A stretch of 32,000 bases of DNA from Candidatus Odinarchaeota archaeon (GCA_016839265.1 JAEOUO010000002.1:120001-152000); one strand, 5' to 3'. Positions 18,629 through 27,634 are shown, counted from the first letter of the stretch. Translations and numbers: made by a program. The notes: generated from the letters alone by a model not told the origin.

Positions 18629-19906
18629 ATGCCTGGAAGAGAAATATTAGTTTTACATGTAGGCCAAGGCGGTAATCAGATAGGTTATAACTTCTGGAAA
18701 ACTATCTGTGAAGAACATAATATTGATATTCATAATACTCAGAAGAAACCTGTTGAAGAGAATAAAGTCGACTATAAATCTGTTTTCCTAGTGGAAGCCC
18801 CTGACGGTTTTCACCCTCGCGCTCTTTTTATCGATTTAGAGCCTTTAGCTGTAGAGTTTCTTGTAAAAGAGACGAAACTAGGATCGTTTTTCTCAGAAGA
18901 TCTGATGGTTTTAAGCTATTCAGGTGCGCATAATGTTTGGTCTATCGGCTATCAGACTGGTAAGAAGCTTATTCCTGTAATTTTAGAGAAGATTAGGGAT
19001 ACTATGCCGGAGACGCTTCAAGGCTTTCTAATTATTCATACGCTTGGCGGTGGAACTGGAAGCGGTTTCGGTTCTCTTATAACTGAAACTCTTAAAAAAG
19101 AATTCCCTGATAAAGGTGTTCTCAACTTTAGTATTCTCCCCTCTGAAGTTAACGATATTACTTTAGCTCCTTATAATACGGTTTTAAGCTTAAACCATTT
19201 ATCTAAATTCTCGGATCTGGTGGTTTTATTCGATAACACAGCGCTTATAAGAATTGTTAAAGACCAGTTAAATTATCCGGTGATTAAACAATTCTCAGAT
19301 CTTAATTTTCTTATAGGTCGTGTGATGGCTTCTATAACCGCTTCTCTAAGGTTCCCGGGGCCTCTTAACATGGATTTAATGGAGATGGCTCATAATCTTG
19401 TAGCTTTACCTGAAACAAAATTCATCATACCATCCGTAGCACCTTTAACAAAAGAGGAGAGTGAGATGTCAACTGAACTAGACTTGGTTGAAAGATGCTT
19501 CGACCCAACTCACTACATGGTGAACTGCAGCGGGCAAGGTAAAACTATATCCTCAGTTTTAATGTTCCGCGGGAATATCGCGATCGAGAACGCATTCGCC
19601 ATTATGAGCGATATTAAATCCAACGTACCCTTCGCTCCAGGAGTTCACCCTGATCTAGGTTTAAAATACGGTATCTGCGAGAGCGCTCCAGTTGAATTCG
19701 ATAAAGAGATCACGCTTTTAACGAATAACACGATCATCGCCGAGCCTTTTAACCGGATTCTGGAGAGATTCGACTCGCTGTTCAACCGTGACTGGTATAC
19801 TAGCCACTACGTGAATGCGGGTACATCTAAATCTAATTTAAAAGAGGCCCGTGACAACTTTGAGCGAATTATTAAAATATACAAGGAGATCGAAGGCTCA
19901 CAGTGA
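18629..19906 (+). CDS. Eukaryote-like tubulin (OdinTubulin-type Asgard tubulin)
   Basis: REILVLHVGQGGNQIG, PRALFIDLEP, GAHNVWSIGY, tubulin signature GGGTGSG, PYNTVLS, DNTAL, LRFPGPLNMDL. These are tubulin rather than FtsZ motifs. Confidence 0.97.
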   Translation: MPGREILVLHVGQGGNQIGYNFWKTICEEHNIDIHNTQKKPVEENKVDYKSVFLVEAPDGFHPRALFIDLEPLAVEFLVKETKLGSFFSEDLMVLSYSGAHNVWSIGYQTGKKLIPVILEKIRDTMPETLQGFLIIHTLGGGTGSGFGSLITETLKKEFPDKGVLNFSILPSEVNDITLAPYNTVLSLNHLSKFSDLVVLFDNTALIRIVKDQLNYPVIKQFSDLNFLIGRVMASITASLRFPGPLNMDLMEMAHNLVALPETKFIIPSVAPLTKEESEMSTELDLVERCFDPTHYMVNCSGQGKTISSVLMFRGNIAIENAFAIMSDIKSNVPFAPGVHPDLGLKYGICESAPVEFDKEITLLTNNTIIAEPFNRILERFDSLFNRDWYTSHYVNAGTSKSNLKEARDNFERIIKIYKEIEGSQ

Positions 19907-19916
19907 AGAAAATAAG

Positions 19917-21365
19917 ATGATTTCTATGAGTGATGAGTTTATTGAAGAGTTCACCGCCACATTTGACGCGTTAATTCAGAAAATCACCTCTACACTAGAC
20001 CAGTTAATAATCGAAATGAACACTATTCTCAGCGGATTCGATAAGCAGACAGTGGACGTTAACCGGTTAAAACTACTCTTAGAAAACACCTCTAAAACAT
20101 CTAGTTTAAACGACTCCGAGTTCACTCTTCTAGTAGAATTCTCAAACAAGTTAAACGAGCTATTAAAAATTCACGCCGACGATCTCAGTGAACTCTACAA
20201 CTCCTATCAGAAACTTTTAGACACAGCTAATATTCTCAAAGAAAACTTTAAATCAGCTTTAACCTCTGTGCAAAAAAACTTCAATCTCATATTAAAAGAT
20301 TGGAGGAGTGAGCGCAAAAAACTATTTGAAGAAAAAACTTCTCTAAGCGAAGAGAAAACCCGTCTACTAGGCGAAAACAAAACTTTAAAAGAGAGGCTTG
20401 AAGAGCTTCAAACCGCTTATAACTCTTTAAATAAACAATTCAACGAATTGCAACACGACTATAATATAAGCGTGGATAAACTGAACTCTCTTCAACAATC
20501 TCATCTTCAACTTGAAAGAGACTTCAAAAACCTGCAAACCAGTTTCGAAACTATTATGAGCGGATTCAAAAACGCTTATAGTTTTTTTAAGAACCTCCCT
20601 GAGGCAAATCTAAAACTTCCCTCACATCTTTTACTAAACTCTATTAGAGAACCGCTAAACGTCGATCAATTGAATTCTTTTTTAAAAAATCTGGAGTCAC
20701 TTATCGAACTAGACCAGTCTCTTATAAAATCTCACGTTCACAGTAAATCTTTCACCACAGCTTTAACAAATAACTCTTACACGGAGATTTTAAACCAGGC
20801 TTTCAAAAACATTTTGGACGTTGAAGAAAGAGAAAGAAATGAAATAGAGCGTAGAATCTGCGAAGTGGAAGCGTTAATAAACGACGCTCAACTATCCCGC
20901 TACATTCACACCGAGCTTTTCAAACCTTTCACTGAAACCGCTCGAAACCTACTAGACTCTAATCAAAGACTTCTAGGAGAAGCCGCTATGAAACTCATCG
21001 AGCAAGTGAAACTTAAATTCGAGGACGTGGAGTTGCGGAAGACTTTAATAAGGAGAACAGGCATCCGCGGCTTAAACCTAGGTGACTGCGTGGTTGAAAG
21101 CTGTGAGTTGCCCTTAGACGTCGAGCGCGTGGATTTGTCCTTAAATAATTTATTGGAATCCTTGAACACGGAGTTATTCGAGAAACGCCGTGAGCTCTCT
21201 ACTTTCTTCTTCGAGTCATGGCGTGATACTGCTTTAAAAATAGTATCTGAAAATAAACTCGTCTCCTATATTATTTTATTGATTGTTAAAAAACTTGTGG
21301 AGAAAGCTAATCTGAAAGACTCTGATTTACGTAAGCTTTTTAAGAAGAGTCTATTTCTAGTTTGA
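19917..21365 (+). CDS. Uncharacterised long coiled-coil protein (~482 aa)
   Basis: About 11 consecutive heptads (EEKTSLS EEKTRLL GENKTLK ERLEELQ TAYNSLN KQFNELQ ...). Start most simply ATG 19917 or 19926, just after the tubulin stop, rather than GTG 19851. Confidence 0.85.
   Translation: MISMSDEFIEEFTATFDALIQKITSTLDQLIIEMNTILSGFDKQTVDVNRLKLLLENTSKTSSLNDSEFTLLVEFSNKLNELLKIHADDLSELYNSYQKLLDTANILKENFKSALTSVQKNFNLILKDWRSERKKLFEEKTSLSEEKTRLLGENKTLKERLEELQTAYNSLNKQFNELQHDYNISVDKLNSLQQSHLQLERDFKNLQTSFETIMSGFKNAYSFFKNLPEANLKLPSHLLLNSIREPLNVDQLNSFLKNLESLIELDQSLIKSHVHSKSFTTALTNNSYTEILNQAFKNILDVEERERNEIERRICEVEALINDAQLSRYIHTELFKPFTETARNLLDSNQRLLGEAAMKLIEQVKLKFEDVELRKTLIRRTGIRGLNLGDCVVESCELPLDVERVDLSLNNLLESLNTELFEKRRELSTFFFESWRDTALKIVSENKLVSYIILLIVKKLVEKANLKDSDLRKLFKKSLFLV
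20328..20390 (+). repeat. Three degenerate 21-bp tandem units encoding heptads
   Basis: GAAGAAAAAACTTCTCTAAGC / GAAGAGAAAACCCGTCTACTA / GGCGAAAACAAAACTTTAAAA. Confidence 0.5.
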
Positions 21366-21405
21366 ATGTGAAACTATAATTTTATTAAGGTTTAAAGGTG
21401 TTTAA

Positions 21406-22011
21406 TTGGCAACTAATAAAATCACAGAGAAAAAGATTCCTGTGCGCGGGGTTAACTGCGCTAAATGTAGATTAGACATTGAGAATATTCTAGGCAAGGT
21501 TACAGGTGTAGAAGACGCTAAAATGGATTATATGAGCGGCGTAGTTTCCGTTAAATACGATTACACTCGTGTAGATTTACCTGAAATAGAGAAAATACTC
21601 GAAAACTTAGGTTATAATGTCGCTTACAAAGACTATGAAAGCGGTTTAACCAAGCTTAAAGGATTATTTAAAAAGAAGAAATCTTTGAGAAAAATCGACG
21701 ATCACACCTTTCCAGGTCTCGTTTTAGAAACACTGAAACCAGTTATCCTACTAGTTTACAAAGGTGACTGCGATGAATGCGAGCGTCTAGAAGCTGCTTT
21801 AACTAAATTAGCTGTAGAATTCAAAGATAGAGTCTACTTCTATAAAGCTGACTGCAATCTATCCTCTATTTGCAGCCGATATAATATCAATCAAACACCT
21901 GTAATATTACTCATTCAAAACGGAGTTCTAAAGCAATCTCTACCCCCATCCGCGTTAGATGAAGAAATCAGAAAACATGTTATCGATGTACTGAAATCCA
22001 CTTCACTTTAA
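21406..22011 (+). CDS. HMA (CopZ-like) domain fused to a thioredoxin-fold domain
   Basis: GVNCAKC metal-binding loop in a ~70-aa HMA fold; C-terminal CDEC, FYKADC, YNINQTPVILL (thioredoxin pattern). TTG start after AGGTG. Confidence 0.85.
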   Translation: MATNKITEKKIPVRGVNCAKCRLDIENILGKVTGVEDAKMDYMSGVVSVKYDYTRVDLPEIEKILENLGYNVAYKDYESGLTKLKGLFKKKKSLRKIDDHTFPGLVLETLKPVILLVYKGDCDECERLEAALTKLAVEFKDRVYFYKADCNLSSICSRYNINQTPVILLIQNGVLKQSLPPSALDEEIRKHVIDVLKSTSL

Positions 22012-22215
22012 ATATAAAATCTCGATAAGGCTCATATTATTCGCTGCGAAAAACGTTTAAATATAAAATTTTACGCTAAGCTGACGATATTTAATATTAC
22101 CTTGAATAATTTATGAGCTGCTGCTAAAATTTTCACTTTAGTGCACGATGGCTTAAACTAGATGCTGTATATCTGGTGAAATTCTTCTCTCTAACAGTTA
22201 AAGCTTCCGCCAGTC

Positions 22216-22740
22216 TTATGTTTTATCTTTTTTAAGTTTCTCTAATTCGTTTCGAGCTGTTTTCAACAATTCTATGGCTGTTTCGAGTCTTTCCTCCATT
22301 ACTTGATGATTGTTCTCAATGTATTCTATTAACTCCGAGGCGGTTTTAGCGTTTTCAGACTGCTTGGCTTGTTTAATCAACTGGTTTATTCGCTCACATA
22401 TTCGGAGGGCTTCATTAAGCTTGGCTTCCGATTCTTTTAAAAATAGGTTTTTCATCTCCGCTGGTAGTTCTCGATCGCAAAGCGCTTTTATAGAGATCAT
22501 ATGCTCGGCGGCTTCTTTAAACGCTTTACGGCGGAGAGCGTTTATTTCCTGGTATAATTGTAGGAGGTCGCTGAGTTTTCTATCATGTTCGATAAACCTG
22601 TTGAGCATGCGTTCTATGATTTGGATTTTCTCCTCGTTGCTCTCCGCTTCCTTCTCCTGGGGGTCGCTGAAGCCTAATCTTAGAAAACTATACATTAAAT
22701 TCACGTATTCGCAGGCTAGTCTTCTCTCCTCCTCTCCCAT
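22216..22740 (-). CDS. Hypothetical charged alpha-helical protein (~174 aa)
   Basis: E/K/R/L-rich helical ORF; ATG 22740 has GGTGG 5 nt upstream (the ORF-track GTG 22749 lies within that SD). Confidence 0.75.
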   Translation of the reverse strand: MGEEERRLACEYVNLMYSFLRLGFSDPQEKEAESNEEKIQIIERMLNRFIEHDRKLSDLLQLYQEINALRRKAFKEAAEHMISIKALCDRELPAEMKNLFLKESEAKLNEALRICERINQLIKQAKQSENAKTASELIEYIENNHQVMEERLETAIELLKTARNELEKLKKDKT

Positions 22741-22993
22741 GAAAGCCACCGTAACAATTTATGTAGCAGTACTATAATATAAGTGAATAAAGAATATAAG
22801 AATTACCGGCTATATTAAACATCTTACTTGTAGTTTATTGTCGGATATTGTAACCACTGTTATACATTGGTTCCGCTTGTAAGCTGTCTCTTATTAAATC
22901 TGGCTAAACTGGTATAGCTATTATTGTTTTCTATGAGGGTTTTTTAATAATGGTGGTGGTCTGCTCTGCGTCTTTTAGTTAACTTTATATTTC

Positions 22994-23006
22994 ATAACAT
23001 TGTTAT
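22994..23006. promoter_or_regulatory. Perfect palindrome ATAACA-T-TGTTAT, candidate operator for copA
   Basis: Lies between a TATA-like CTTTATATTT (22983-22992) and the copA ATG (23014). Confidence 0.4.
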
Positions 23007-23013
23007 ACTATTC

Positions 23014-25119
23014 ATGGTTCGAGACCCTGTCTGCGGCATGGAAGTAGACCCTGAGAAAACACCTTTCAAAACACAGGTTAACGGTAGAACATACTATTTT
23101 TGCAGTGAAACATGCCTTCGCATCTTCGAATCACCTGAAAGAGAGCTTAAATCAATGCGTAAAAGAATGAGTGTAGCGATAACCGGCGCTGTATTTTTAG
23201 CTGTTCTCAGAGCTGCAGCTTTTCTAGTTTTAGCTGCTGGTGTGACTTTTTTCACATGGGCGCCTATTAGCTTACTCCCATGGTTAAACTACGGGGTTAT
23301 TTTATTTATTATTACAACGCCGATTCAGTTTATCGGCGGCTGGACCTTCTATAAGGGAGCGGTTAAAGCGATAAAAAACCGTGTCGCGAACATGGATTTA
23401 CTGATAACTGTCGGAACTTTAACCGCTTACATATACAGTTCAATCGTTATATTCGCTCCCGGAATTCTCCCGTTCACTCCTAAAGATGTTTATTTTGATG
23501 TAGCAGCTATTATCATCGCTTTTGTGCTGTTAGGTAAATACTTAGAGGAGTCTATTAAAAAACGCAGCTCAGCTACTATACGTAAATTAATGGATTTATC
23601 TCCTACCATGGCCAGGGTTATTCGAAACGGTGAAGAGAAAACTATTCCCGCTTCTAATATTCAACTAAATGAGTTAATTATTGTATCGCCTGGTGAGAAA
23701 ATACCGGCTGACGGGGTGATAGTTGAAGGCTCCTCGTCTATAGATGAGAAGATGATCACCGGGGAGAGTGTGCCTGTTGATAAAACAGTCGGTGACCCTG
23801 TGATCGGGGCTACAGTTAACTTGACTAGTTTTCTTAAAATTAAAGCAACTAAGGTAGGGGCTGAAACAACTTTAAACCAGATTATTCGTATGGTTGAAGA
23901 AGCTCAAGCCTCTACAGCTCCTATTCAGAGGATAGCTGATAAGGTTGCAGCTAGATTTGTTCCAAGCGTTATTTTAGCAGCTGTCATCTCCCTTCTCACC
24001 TGGACCTTTCTCTTAGACAATTATAGTTTAGGGTTACTGTCTTTTATCGCTGTTATGATCATCGCCTGCCCGTGTGCTTTAGGAATCGCTACACCCACCG
24101 CTCTAATAGTGGGTGTAGGTAAAGGAGCTGAAACCGGTATTCTAATTCGTGGCGCTGAATACTTGGAGGCTGCGCAAAGCCTTACAACAATTGTTTTCGA
24201 TAAAACCGGTACTTTAACTAAAGGTGAACCTTCAGTTACTGATGTAATAGTTTTTAATAGTTCTGAAAAAGATATTCTCTTATTAGCTACTATAGCTGAG
24301 AAACACTCTCAGCATCCTTTATCTAAAGCTGTTCACCGGAAGGCATCAGAATATTTTAAAAATATCCCTGACCCGGTTGAATTCAAATATATTCCAGGAG
24401 CAGGTAACATGGCGGTTTACGATTCTAAGAAGATTTTAAGCGGTGGTCGACGACTGCTATCCGAGTTTAATATTTTAATCTCTTCAGATGTTGAACAGGC
24501 TTTAACTAGACTTGAAGAGCAGGGTAAAACTGTTTCAATTATATGCGTAGATGACGCTGTTAAAGGTTTAATCGCGTTCTCTGATGAGCTTAAACCTTAC
24601 GCTTTAGAAGCTGTAAACCAGCTTAAACAAATAGGTTTAGAGACATATATTTTAAGCGGGGATAATGAGCGTACTGTTAGATATATCGCTTCTAAACTCG
24701 GGGTTGACGGTTATAAAGCGAATATTCCTCCTTGGGAGAAAGCTAATGTTATTAAAAAACTTCAGTCTGAAGGTAAAATTGTAGCGATGGTCGGTGACGG
24801 AATAAATGATGCTCCTTCACTAGCTCAAGCGAATATCGGTATCGCTTTAGGAAGCGGCTCTGATATCGCTAAGGAAACCGGAGGCATTATTCTAGTTAAA
24901 GATGATCTGAGAGATGTTGTTAAAGCTATTAAGTTAAGTAGGAAAACGATGAAAACGATTAAACAGAATCTTTTCTGGGCGTTCATCTATAATGTTATCG
25001 GTATACCTGTAGCTGCGTTAGGTTTATTGAACCCGATTTTCGCTGCTGCAGTTATGTCTTTCAGTTCTCTCTTCGTGGTAAGTAACTCTGCTAGACTTAA
25101 AAAATATCGTTTAGAATAA
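23014..25119 (+). CDS. copA: Cu(I)-translocating P1B-type ATPase with N-terminal YHS/TRASH domain
   Basis: DPVCGM..YYFCS (YHS), TGES, CPC, DKTGT, HP, GDGIND, YN and MSFSS (P1B-1 copper signature). Confidence 0.94.
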   Translation: MVRDPVCGMEVDPEKTPFKTQVNGRTYYFCSETCLRIFESPERELKSMRKRMSVAITGAVFLAVLRAAAFLVLAAGVTFFTWAPISLLPWLNYGVILFIITTPIQFIGGWTFYKGAVKAIKNRVANMDLLITVGTLTAYIYSSIVIFAPGILPFTPKDVYFDVAAIIIAFVLLGKYLEESIKKRSSATIRKLMDLSPTMARVIRNGEEKTIPASNIQLNELIIVSPGEKIPADGVIVEGSSSIDEKMITGESVPVDKTVGDPVIGATVNLTSFLKIKATKVGAETTLNQIIRMVEEAQASTAPIQRIADKVAARFVPSVILAAVISLLTWTFLLDNYSLGLLSFIAVMIIACPCALGIATPTALIVGVGKGAETGILIRGAEYLEAAQSLTTIVFDKTGTLTKGEPSVTDVIVFNSSEKDILLLATIAEKHSQHPLSKAVHRKASEYFKNIPDPVEFKYIPGAGNMAVYDSKKILSGGRRLLSEFNILISSDVEQALTRLEEQGKTVSIICVDDAVKGLIAFSDELKPYALEAVNQLKQIGLETYILSGDNERTVRYIASKLGVDGYKANIPPWEKANVIKKLQSEGKIVAMVGDGINDAPSLAQANIGIALGSGSDIAKETGGIILVKDDLRDVVKAIKLSRKTMKTIKQNLFWAFIYNVIGIPVAALGLLNPIFAAAVMSFSSLFVVSNSARLKKYRLE

Positions 25120-25170
25120 TCTTAAAAAATTTTATTAAAAACCAGCTTCAACATTTACTAGGTGATTAAT

Positions 25171-26214
25171 ATGTTCACTGACGATGAGTTGGAGCGATAC
25201 TCTAGGCAGCTTGTTTTACCGAATATCGGTCGAGAAGGTCAGATTAAACTTAAAAACAGCCGTGTCTGCATTATCGGAGTAGGTGGTTTAGGTTGGCTTA
25301 CTGCTCTTCAACTAGGCGCGATGGGTGTCGGTTATCTTAAACTAGTAGACAGGGATATCGTGGAGCTTTCAAACTTGCAAAGACAGCTTATCTTTGAAGT
25401 GGATGATATAAACAAGTCTAAAGCTGAAGCGGCTGCTAGACGGATTAAACACGTTAACCCTAATATTCACGTTGAACCGGTTATGGTTTCAATCTCACTA
25501 GAGAATATTCACGATATTATAGAAAACATGGATGTAGTGGTGGATTGTCTTGACAATTTTAAAGCTCGAATGATATTAAACTACGCTTGCGTTAAAGCTA
25601 ATACGCCTTTAGTTTACTCTTCCGCGATAAAATTATACGGTGCTGTTCACACAGTTTTACCGAACCAGTCCGCCTGCTTAGAATGCTTGTACGGTGATGT
25701 TGAAACTCTTGAAGCTGAAAGCTGCGCTGAAGCCGGTGTTCTCCCAACTGTTTTAGGCGTCACATCCAGTATTGCATCCCAAGAGGTTTTAAATATTCTT
25801 TTAAAAAATAAACCCTCTCTCGCCGAATCTATGCTTATAATAGATTTAGAAAGCTATCAATTTGATAGAATAGTTTTAGAACGGAACCCGAACTGTCGAA
25901 TCTGCGGTGTAAACCGCGTGGATTTAAAACCTACAGGGGAGATACCTGTTGAAAGACTTTGCGCAGACGGATCGTTCATGATCTCGCCTTTTAAACCTGT
26001 TAAACTCGATCTTAAAAAACTTGAAGCTCAACTTAAACCAAAATATAATATTCAAAAAACGACACCTATATTCATTGAATTCTATTACACTCCTAAAATC
26101 ACTGTTACAGTTGTTAGAAGCGGTGGAATCTTGTTTAAAGGAATAGAAACCGAGGATGAAGCTAGAAGAATCTACTCGGAGATTCAGCCTTTAATAAACG
26201 CTTCTAAGAGCTGA
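25171..26214 (+). CDS. ThiF/MoeB/E1-family adenylyltransferase
   Basis: RYSRQ, GVGGLG, DRDIVELSNLQRQ, Zn pairs CLEC and CRIC, SCAEAGVL. Start ATG 25171 (GGTGA 5 nt upstream). Confidence 0.9.
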   Translation: MFTDDELERYSRQLVLPNIGREGQIKLKNSRVCIIGVGGLGWLTALQLGAMGVGYLKLVDRDIVELSNLQRQLIFEVDDINKSKAEAAARRIKHVNPNIHVEPVMVSISLENIHDIIENMDVVVDCLDNFKARMILNYACVKANTPLVYSSAIKLYGAVHTVLPNQSACLECLYGDVETLEAESCAEAGVLPTVLGVTSSIASQEVLNILLKNKPSLAESMLIIDLESYQFDRIVLERNPNCRICGVNRVDLKPTGEIPVERLCADGSFMISPFKPVKLDLKKLEAQLKPKYNIQKTTPIFIEFYYTPKITVTVVRSGGILFKGIETEDEARRIYSEIQPLINASKS

Positions 26215-27634
26215 AAGCCGCTGTAAGCTGGTTATAAAAACTTCTACTAGACTTTAAATTCGAGGTTACCAGTTTCAACCTGTATATGCTTCTTAAAGTT
26301 CTAAACACTTCTTTAACTATAAACTCTTTCCGTAAAGCAAACTCCTTGTAATATTTTAATATAAGCTTGTTAAGTGTTTTCTCTGGTACACAACCCGGGT
26401 GAAGTGAAGCTACATTCGGCGCTGTCTCCCAGTTTTCCTCCACGTTAATATACCCTTGCGCAGCTAAATCATCATATATTTTCGCCCCTGGAATCGCTGC
26501 TAAAATATTAAACTGGGGGAAATCTATATCAAGTTTCTGCGCGAATTTTAACGTGTTCGCGACCTCTCTAACTGTTTCACCGGGGGCTCCTACTATAAAC
26601 GTGGCTGTTATAATATCGATTCCAACTCGCCTAGCTTTTTCAACAGCATCCACCGCCTGCTCAACTCGTGTCCCCTTCCTATAATAATCTAATATTCTCT
26701 GGTTTCCACTCTCCACCCCGTAATATATGATTTTACACCCTGCATCCGCCATCATCTTCAACATATCAAAGTAACCTGAATCCACACGCCCTTCAGCTAT
26801 CCAGTTTAAATCAACTTTTCTCTTCCTCATACCTTTACATAACTGGATAACTCTTTTCCGATTCACAGTGAAATTATCATCAGTAAACAAAACGTTCCGG
26901 TAACCTAAGCTTTCAATCTCCTCCAACTCATCTAAAACATTCTCCACGCTTCTCATATTTATTCTCCGCTTCGTGAAGGCAGCGCAACTGCAGTAAGTGC
27001 AATTATAAGGGCAGCCGCGTGATGTTAAAATAAACGTGAACTTCGGCATCTTCATCCCTGAAATATATCCATAATCATTATCTAAAATCCGTCTTCTATC
27101 AGGGAAAGGCAGCTCATCCAGATTCTTCACACCGCGCTCAGCAGCCCCATACTTCACAACCCCTCTCTCCCTGTAAATAATACCCGGAACCTCTCTAATA
27201 TCACTGACCTGTTCACCCTTCCTCACAGCTTCAACGAAAACCGGTAAACTAATCTCCCCCTCCCCTCTAATTACGTAATCTATAAATGAGTATTTCCCTA
27301 ATACACGGTGACCGTTAATAGTCGCATGATACCCTCCGAAAACAATCCGTAGATTCGGATTCCACTCCTTCAACTTAGCAGCCTGCCTAGCCGCTACAAC
27401 CCCGTTCGCTGTAAGCGTGGAGAACCCCACAATATCTGGATTAAACCTTTTAACTTTCTCTATTAAAGCGGAATCCGTCAACCACTCCCCGGCTTGATCC
27501 ACTACTTGAACCTCAATCCCTTCTCTATCTAAAACACTAGCTAAATATAATACTCCTAAAGGCGGCCCCGCAGCCCGGGAATCATAAGCTTGACCGAACT
27601 CATGCACAACAGGATTAACTAAGCTAACCTTCAT
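26204..27634 (-). CDS. Cobalamin-binding radical SAM protein
   Basis: N-terminal B12-binding domain (PPLGVLYLAS, DIVGFS, GGYHAT, DYVIRGEGE), SRGCPYNCTYC, DDNF, GVESG. Confidence 0.92.
   Translation of the reverse strand: MKVSLVNPVVHEFGQAYDSRAAGPPLGVLYLASVLDREGIEVQVVDQAGEWLTDSALIEKVKRFNPDIVGFSTLTANGVVAARQAAKLKEWNPNLRIVFGGYHATINGHRVLGKYSFIDYVIRGEGEISLPVFVEAVRKGEQVSDIREVPGIIYRERGVVKYGAAERGVKNLDELPFPDRRRILDNDYGYISGMKMPKFTFILTSRGCPYNCTYCSCAAFTKRRINMRSVENVLDELEEIESLGYRNVLFTDDNFTVNRKRVIQLCKGMRKRKVDLNWIAEGRVDSGYFDMLKMMADAGCKIIYYGVESGNQRILDYYRKGTRVEQAVDAVEKARRVGIDIITATFIVGAPGETVREVANTLKFAQKLDIDFPQFNILAAIPGAKIYDDLAAQGYINVEENWETAPNVASLHPGCVPEKTLNKLILKYYKEFALRKEFIVKEVFRTLRSIYRLKLVTSNLKSSRSFYNQLTAAFSS

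Noticed and set aside
19851-19916. GTG start giving a 56-nt overlap with tubulin
   Set aside because: The extension reads as the alternative frame of the tubulin C-terminus; ATG 19917/19926 right after the stop is more parsimonious.
20963-21169. 68-aa minus-strand ORF
   Set aside because: Antisense shadow of the post-tubulin coiled-coil gene.
22310-22777. 155-aa plus-strand ORF
   Set aside because: Ser/Phe-rich mirror of the E/K-rich minus-strand gene, which has the SD and a paralogous N-terminus.
23016-23030. GGTTCGAGACC resembling a tRNA T-loop
   Set aside because: It encodes the copA N-terminus (MVRDP); no T-stem or cloverleaf can be formed.
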